Source: Schmidtea polychroa
Lineage: Eukaryota
Direction: 5' to 3'
NCBI GenBank assembly: GCA_044892525.1
Contig: CM097886.1
Location: forward strand, 66,464,001-66,528,000
Length of the DNA: 64,000 nt
Under the pieces are notes generated by a model that made no database searches, was not told where the DNA came from, and saw nothing but the letters and a program-made list of their open reading frames with translations. Shown here one piece after another: positions 21,001 to 27,347 of this stretch (the stretch's first letter is position 1; the number at the start of each line of letters is the position of its first letter). The translations under genes were made by a program, and so were the position numbers.

Positions 21001-22283
21001 ACCGCAGATTGTTGAATGATATAAATGTCGAGGACGACATTTTAAACGATAGCGGGGGAGATAAAGACGATAAAGACGATAAAGACGACGATAATAATGA
21101 AAAAGGTCGAAACGGGAATAAAGAGAAAGAGAAATCAGAGGAGAATAATCAAGAAAATAACGACGCGAGTAGGAAAAAAGAGGAAAATAACCCGAGAAAC
21201 CGAATGAAGCAAGAAGAAAAGACGAATAGTGGAAAACAGAGGGTATGCCTACTTTTTACCAACAAAGAAATGGAGACAAATATGATGATAATGATACTCG
21301 TACTAACAATGGTGGAAATGATAACAGCCCAGGGAGGAATGAGAACGATAAAAGAAGCCAAAGAAACGGAAAATAAGGACAACAAAGAGGAAGAACTAAA
21401 ACAAGAAAAGAAAAAACAAGTACAAGAGCAGCAATGGGATCTAAAAGAAGAATGGGATTTAAAAGAAAGGTGTATATTAGGAAGATGTATGTCTAGAGCT
21501 TATCAGAGACTAGTGTTAAAAAATGAAGATGCAGAACCAATAACGGAAGTAAGAATACAAGAAGCATACCGAAATCGAGAAGGAAAGAGAATAACGAAAG
21601 TCAAAGGGAAGGAGGTACACCTGGGAAAAGGAGGTGAGGTAGTGATAACGCAACTCCAGCCAAGAAAAGAACACAAAGTCTGCATCGCAAGATTAAGACC
21701 GGGTGAAGACTGTCTACAATATGTAATACAGCAACAACCTCCAAAAGAATACACAATATGCATCTGGAGAAAAGATACAGCGAGAGAATGTCGACGATAC
21801 CCTGGGAAAAGAGGGAAGAAAAGAAAAATCGATGATGAAAAAGATGAGCAAGGAAAACGCAAGAAAAACAGTGAGAAACATCAAGACAATTATGTATCCG
21901 AGGAGGAGATGGAGAAAATACAAAAAATGGCAAAGGAAGGTATGAACGAGGAAATAGCAAGAATACGAGGAATGATGAAAGGAAATGGCAAAGACGGTAA
22001 TCTAAAAAGCACAGAAGCAATATCAACAATAACGAGCAAGGAAAAAGCGGAAATTATAAGCATAAAACAGATGATGTGGATCAGCGGCATAATAATAACA
22101 GGGGCCTTTTTAATCATAACGGGGGGGACAATAAAAATAATCAAAGATAGACGGCATCACGGAGAACTAGAAATGGCCAGAATAAGAAATTTTCAACATC
22201 GTGTAAAACGACCAAGTAATATCAAGCAGGAACAGTGGGTGGAGGCCTGGAATGCTCAGCGCCCTCCAAGCTCACGTATATAG
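11946..22283 (+). CDS. pol: Env-Pol polyprotein (frame open from 11946; ORF track starts at TTG 12000): UBL end, AT-hook, Bcl-2-like, gB-like Env, PR, RT, RNaseH, IN, ankyrin repeats, FN3-like membrane protein
   Basis: Uninterrupted 3,400+ codon frame containing IDTGAN (15636), YIDD (16854), ATDASG...EREALA...TDHQPL, HxxxxxH...CITC, D,D35E ([19 protein letters not shown]) and a GPY motif. Confidence 0.95.
   Translation, partial: [3445 protein letters not shown]
12625..13085 (+). other. Bcl-2-like helical domain within the polyprotein
   Basis: BH2-like [14 protein letters not shown] (GGW at 13062-13070), preceded by a hydrophobic BH1-position helix [12 protein letters not shown] that lacks the NWGR signature. 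Confidence 0.6.
13209..15100 (+). other. env: Envelope glycoprotein of the chuvirus/Jingchuvirales G (herpesvirus gB-like class III fusogen) family, with internal signal peptide and C-terminal TM
   Basis: Signal [22 protein letters not shown], then Cys-rich ectodomain with chuvirus-G-like motifs (YYCG, [59 protein letters not shown]), then [22 protein letters not shown] TM. Confidence 0.85.
15567..15930 (+). other. Retropepsin aspartic protease domain
   Basis: [21 protein letters not shown] ... CIIGTDLM. Confidence 0.93.
16380..17650 (+). other. Reverse transcriptase + RNase H
   Basis: [71 protein letters not shown]. Confidence 0.97.
17690..19020 (+). other. Integrase (HHCC zinc domain, DDE core, GPY/F module)
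   Basis: [10 protein letters not shown]...CITC; [31 protein letters not shown]. Confidence 0.96.
19278..20790 (+). other. Two ankyrin-repeat clusters downstream of integrase (internal duplication)
   Basis: [24 protein letters not shown] (cluster 1); [25 protein letters not shown] (cluster 2). Each cluster is followed by a similar LxxWRxPxxNxYxxxINExxxxGEN motif (19662 and 20685). Confidence 0.85.
21282..22283 (+). other. C-terminal type-I membrane protein module: signal peptide, FN3-like Cys-containing ectodomain, TM, basic tail
   Basis: [17 protein letters not shown] signal; [16 protein letters not shown] and [11 protein letters not shown] resemble the FN3 L-x-P-x-T-x-Y-x-V strand; TM [21 protein letters not shown]. 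Confidence 0.55.
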
Positions 22284-22451
22284 AAAGGATTATGACTGTA
22301 TATAGATTGTAAAAAGTAAGTAGGAAATATTTATTTATATAACAGTATTCTATATTTTTATATAAGCGCGGTATCAATAGTATATAATGATGGGGATAAT
22401 TAATATGAAAATAAAATTAGATAAGGATTGAAAAGTATATATAAATTAAGA

Positions 22452-22811
22452 ATGGAGCGAATAGGCGAGGAAGTAAACCACAGTACAACAACCGAGGAGA
22501 TGTGGAAACAACAATGTGCAATGTTAACTCAAGTGATTTCGAATTTACAGGAACAAGGACTCGCTGTACAAAGAAGCTTAGTCGAAAGTTTAAATAAAGG
22601 CTTCAATTATGTAAGAATAATCGAAGACCAACGAATGAAAATAGAACAAATGCAGCGAGAGATAGACCGAATATCACGATACAGCCAGGTGCAAGAAGAG
22701 GAGTTAATAAGAATCGCGGAAGAGATGGAGCGAGAGGAGATAGAAGACTGGTCAGAATGGTTAACCAACAGGGAAGAGGGCGGACAAGAGGCCGACTCTT
22801 CCAGCCAATAA
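22452..22811 (+). CDS. Small coiled-coil accessory protein
   Basis: ATG at 22452 in the 22428-22811 frame; heptad, E/Q/R-rich sequence. Confidence 0.65.
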   Translation: MERIGEEVNHSTTTEEMWKQQCAMLTQVISNLQEQGLAVQRSLVESLNKGFNYVRIIEDQRMKIEQMQREIDRISRYSQVQEEELIRIAEEMEREEIEDWSEWLTNREEGGQEADSSSQ

Positions 22812-22900
22812 ATATAACCTAAAATAGCAATGTAAATAAATGTAAATAAAAATACGAAACTGTACCAGTAACGAATATATGTATATATATAATTATAGAA

Positions 22901-24289
22901 ATGGATAAGCGACAACGAGAAGAATTCAGAGAAATTGTTGAACAAATCAGAAAGTCCACCACAATTCGAATACACAACCATGTAACGTGTGGAATATGCA
23001 AGAGCTTATTAAGAGAACCTCACCAAACCAGATGTGGATGCAGAATGTGCAGAGAATGTGTAGAGGAGATAATAAAGAAGGGACCACAATGGTGCCCAGT
23101 ATGCAAAGAAACAATGATAACAAGTTTGGGAGATACAAACGAAGATAAAGCAGCTGTAAAAGATATGTTGAATGCAAACCTAGGATGTAAAAACACCCCA
23201 TGTAATTGGCGAGGAGTGATATGGGAAGTGAGGCAACATATGGAGCAATGTGAGTATAAAATCAGTCAATGCAAACGTTGCCAAGAAGAGATTAAAGTCA
23301 ATGAAGAAGCAGAACATCAAAGTCGATGCGAAGAAAGACTAGAGAAATGCGAGTATTGCGGAGAAAACGACACCTGGAAGAAACTAATCAGTCAACATCA
23401 CAACATACAAGAGGAGAAAGTGTGCGCAGAATTCAGAGGAGAATGCCCCAACAAATGCGATAAACCCGGAGTAATAAAACTCGCTCAACATCTAAAAGAG
23501 TGTGAAAGAAAAAAGATAACGTGTGTGCTAGGAAAATGGGGATGTCCGAAACAATTACACCGAGGGGAATTACCCCAACATCTAGCAGAAAACGTATCAA
23601 CACACGCGGAAATATGGTCAACGGTATTACAGGAAAACGAAAGGAAAACCGAAAACTTAGAAAGAGAAATAGTCTCGCTAAAAGCGTTGGTAAAAGAACT
23701 ATTGGAAGAAAAGGAAGCATTTGAAGAGGCGAGAACAAGTACAAAGATACAGACAGATCTAGTAGAAACTAGCAACATTATGGTGAAAGAACTACATCAA
23801 AAAGTAAGCGAATTAAACCTCAACGAATTAATACCTACGGCTCCGTACATATGGAAAATAACGGGAGTAAAAGAGAAGATGCAGAGAGCGAGAAATGGAA
23901 AGGATACAACATTACTAAGTCCAGCATTCTACTCATGGAAAAACGGGTATAAAATGAAAATGAAAGCATACCCCAATGGGGATGGAAGTGCATACGGAAC
24001 GCATTTCTCAGTATTCTTCTTGATGTGCAAAGGGCCATACGACGAGTTAATAGAATGGCCATTCAAAGCAAAAATAGACCTCGCAATGATGAACTATCAA
24101 AGTATACACGAACAGAGTTTCCATACAGCGGGAAACCTCGTATGTTACCAAAGGCCCTTGGAAGAAGAAGGACCAGCAACTGGAGCACCAAATTTCATCC
24201 TACAGCGGAAAGTAGAAGACATGACGAGAAACGACACTATATACATAAAAATAGCGGTGAGGCGAGATGGGAAGAGTAGGACTGAGTAG
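22901..24289 (+). CDS. traf: Full-length intronless TRAF-family protein (RING, TRAF zinc fingers, coiled coil, MATH)
   Basis: RING CGICKSLLREPHQTRCGCRMCRECV...CPVC; zinc fingers CKNTPCNWRG..HMEQC; MATH YIWKI...SPAFYSWKNGYKMKMKAYPNGDG..YGTHFSVFF.MCKGPYD.LIEWPF. Confidence 0.95.
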   Translation: MDKRQREEFREIVEQIRKSTTIRIHNHVTCGICKSLLREPHQTRCGCRMCRECVEEIIKKGPQWCPVCKETMITSLGDTNEDKAAVKDMLNANLGCKNTPCNWRGVIWEVRQHMEQCEYKISQCKRCQEEIKVNEEAEHQSRCEERLEKCEYCGENDTWKKLISQHHNIQEEKVCAEFRGECPNKCDKPGVIKLAQHLKECERKKITCVLGKWGCPKQLHRGELPQHLAENVSTHAEIWSTVLQENERKTENLEREIVSLKALVKELLEEKEAFEEARTSTKIQTDLVETSNIMVKELHQKVSELNLNELIPTAPYIWKITGVKEKMQRARNGKDTTLLSPAFYSWKNGYKMKMKAYPNGDGSAYGTHFSVFFLMCKGPYDELIEWPFKAKIDLAMMNYQSIHEQSFHTAGNLVCYQRPLEEEGPATGAPNFILQRKVEDMTRNDTIYIKIAVRRDGKSRTE

Positions 24290-24510
24290 TGAGACGAATA
24301 ATTTTGTATATAATAAATTGTAAATATCGGCGTATATATCCAGTAAAATATTATATAGTAGTGTAGAAAAATTCCCCCCAAATCTACCAAAGGTAAACTT
24401 AAGCGAAAAACTCCTAAAACAACTCCTATAACGAATTATAAAAATAAATAAATAATAAACCAGATATAAGCGTACAACGTTAAGTTAATGATATCGTTAT
24501 TTAGACAAAG

Positions 24511-25548
24511 ATGACACAAGAAGGAACTGAAGCCCCAAACCACGAAACCAAAGTCAATAAAATCCATAAGGGAAAATGGGTCAAAGTAATGTTACAATTG
24601 ACGAACCAGACCCACAACCATCTCGAAGAGGCCAGGGAATACGAGAATAACAAATATCAGTGGTTAGTAAACAATTTAAGAGCCGAAGCAGAAGCATGCA
24701 AAAGAGCCTCTAAGTGGGCATCATTGGAAAACACTCGCCAAGAAGCGCACAGCCACTATTTAAAACAGTTAGTGCAGGAAGCACGGAAACGATTGACGGA
24801 CGAAAACACAAAACGAGAAGCAGAAAAACAAAAGGAAGGAAGGAAAATGAATCACCTATTGGCAGAAGCCCGAAACTGGAAGCGGCAGAACAAAGAGATG
24901 AAAAAAGAAATGAAAGAATTGCCTATGAGATTAGAATACGAAAGCGAACAAGGCAAATGGGAGGAAAATCTGGTCATAAGAGAAGAACTGAAACGGCTCA
25001 GAAAGATTGCGGCCCGAAGCCAAACATGGCAGACCAAAGCCATGGAATTTGAAAGACATCTAGCCATGAAAATCTCCATAAGGGAGCACGAGAATGCCGC
25101 AATGGAAGAACTGATACTTCAACAGTCAGGACGACTCGTGGAACTGGTGAATAAGGTCGCAGAACTAGAACGAGATGTCAACGGATACCAAGGAGCTCTG
25201 GAGCAGAGAAATATGGTACTGGCGGGGAAAAACAAAAAGTTAGAAAACGAAAGGAAAATGTATAACGAAAATCTTAAAAATCTGGAGATAGAGATCAAGA
25301 AATGGGAAAACGGCGAAAAAGCGGAAGAGCTAGAAAAACAGATAGAGGTAAGAGACGATGAAACCAGGTATCTAACATACCTGTTGGACGAGGAACTTAA
25401 CGTGTCAAGAGCACTAAGAGACGAAGTGCAAGAACTTAGAGCGCAGATTCCCCGGTACTACATCCCATTTGATCCCATCGCACTCCAATTACAAACGTCA
25501 GTAGAAAGCGATGAGGGATACGTAGGCCAGGAAGAGACCTTTGTATAA
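24511..25548 (+). CDS. Long coiled-coil accessory protein (345 aa)
   Basis: Uninterrupted ATG ORF, E/K/R/L-rich heptads throughout. Confidence 0.8.
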   Translation: MTQEGTEAPNHETKVNKIHKGKWVKVMLQLTNQTHNHLEEAREYENNKYQWLVNNLRAEAEACKRASKWASLENTRQEAHSHYLKQLVQEARKRLTDENTKREAEKQKEGRKMNHLLAEARNWKRQNKEMKKEMKELPMRLEYESEQGKWEENLVIREELKRLRKIAARSQTWQTKAMEFERHLAMKISIREHENAAMEELILQQSGRLVELVNKVAELERDVNGYQGALEQRNMVLAGKNKKLENERKMYNENLKNLEIEIKKWENGEKAEELEKQIEVRDDETRYLTYLLDEELNVSRALRDEVQELRAQIPRYYIPFDPIALQLQTSVESDEGYVGQEETFV

Positions 25549-25722
25549 AGATAAAAGGAAAGATAAAAAATATAAAAATCGGGACCTGTATCCCAACCAA
25601 AAAAATTAATGGTACAATAAAAGTATGAAAGGGACTGTAACCCTGATTATAAAATAACATATAAATGTATAAGTATAAGCCGCACTGTAGCGCAATTATT
25701 AACTATGTATATATTATAGAAA

Positions 25723-26424
25723 ATGAACACTGAAAACGGACAACCCAGCATAACATCTATAATCGAGTTAGAAGAGGGAGAAATTGAAGTTGATGAAGTG
25801 GAGAGGAAGAAAACCATCAAGGAAGAATTACAAGAAGAGAGACAGGAAAACGAAAGATTAGTTGAAAGGTGGAGAGATAATCGAAAAATGATTAAAGTAT
25901 TGAAAAGAGAATATATCCTGTTAGAAGGAGTAAAGAAAGAAGTAGAGGAAGAAAACGAATGGCTTCACGAGCAAAGAAAGCGAGGGAGAAATTGGGAAAA
26001 GATCGCGGAAGAATTATGGCAGGAGAGGGCCAGTCGAAAGGCCGACGAAGTGATTAGTGACTATTGGAAAACCGAGGCACGGAAACACCAAGAAAGCCTG
26101 AAAGGGTTACAACTCCAACTACACCAAAAACAGAAAGAATGTGAGATAATGAGACGAATGAACAACAAATACCAGGAAATAGACAACGAAGGAGACGGGG
26201 AAAGGGAAAATGATTTTCTACAGATAATGAACCATAGAAACCTCGAAAGAGCAACACAAGAAATAAAAGCACTAAAAGAAAAAATAATAACCCTAAGGCA
26301 ACAGTTAGACGAAAGAGACAAACAATTAAAAGTACTACCCGAATTGAGAAAACGAGTAATAAAAGCAGAAATGAGAGTGATGAGAACATCCGAGAAAACC
26401 CGTAAAAAGAAAACCCGGCAATAA
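25723..26424 (+). CDS. Coiled-coil accessory protein (233 aa) with basic C-terminus
   Basis: Uninterrupted ATG ORF, heptad-rich, ends KTRKKKTRQ. Confidence 0.8.
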   Translation: MNTENGQPSITSIIELEEGEIEVDEVERKKTIKEELQEERQENERLVERWRDNRKMIKVLKREYILLEGVKKEVEEENEWLHEQRKRGRNWEKIAEELWQERASRKADEVISDYWKTEARKHQESLKGLQLQLHQKQKECEIMRRMNNKYQEIDNEGDGERENDFLQIMNHRNLERATQEIKALKEKIITLRQQLDERDKQLKVLPELRKRVIKAEMRVMRTSEKTRKKKTRQ

Positions 26425-26479
26425 TTAAAGATGAATGATCAATGTAAATAATTGTAAATAAAAATTTTCGTATAGTAGT

Positions 26480-27116
26480 ATGTGGTTCGGAGCAACCCTG
26501 GTGACAATAATGATGATAGCGATAAACGGAATACCCATATGGCAGCCAATCCCAACATTCTGGGAGAATCCCGAGAAACAGCAAAACCCGTTAACCAAAC
26601 TGAAAAGCGAAAGAAAGCTCTCCAACAACATCCCGAAACAATGCTGGAACAAAGCCGTCTGGCAAAAACTTCAAATGCAACTCCACCTACAAACCCAAAA
26701 AAATCGAACAGCTCGAAATTCTCTTACAAGAACAAACCACCCAACAATCCTTGAAGGAAATCATCATGAAGAAGGAAGTAAAAGAAAGCCAAGTCTTACT
26801 CTATACTACCATCAGTGAAACCCTTATCATCTGCGCACTAGTCATCTGGAAAGCGTATGATATTCATCGAACATGGAGAAGAAACCAGTCACTATCCGAG
26901 AAACACGAAAGAAAGAACCCACGATCGAAAAATAAACATAAACGAGCAGTACATTTTCAACAACCAAACCCACCCGACCAAATGCAACAAAATCTATCTC
27001 CTGACCAAATGCCTGTTACAATCCAGCTCCCCACGATAACAACTTCAACCAGCCATCCGACCCAGAACTCAACCAACCAAGACAGTAATAACATTCCGAA
27101 CCTTGAGATCATGTGA
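26480..27116 (+). CDS. Probable ~211-aa type-I membrane protein split by a +1 shift at A7 (26697-26703)
   Basis: Frame from ATG 26480 gives signal peptide MWFGATLVTIMMIAING. Removing one A joins it to QKIEQLEILLQEQ...TLIICALVIWKAY (TM) and a Q/P/T-rich tail ending at 27116. Confidence 0.6.
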
Positions 27117-27347
27117 CATCGACTATTCATAAACTTTGTGTGTATAAATCCGGTCACCTAAAGTGGCCACTGCTTGCTTATATTTGTCCTTTTATCTGTT
27201 TAATTAAAGTATTATTTAGTTATTTTAATTTTATGTTTGTGTGAATGTTGACCGTGAAATTAGTTGTTATGCCGAAAAAAGGTATGAGTTAAACGTATGA
27301 TATTATGTGAATTGCGGGGCGCAATTTTAACGGGCCCCGGAGTGATT

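Noticed and set aside
9068-26652. Many minus-strand hydrophobic ORFs overlapping the element genes
   Set aside because: Shadow frames produced by the A-rich sense strand (F/L/S/I-rich antisense).
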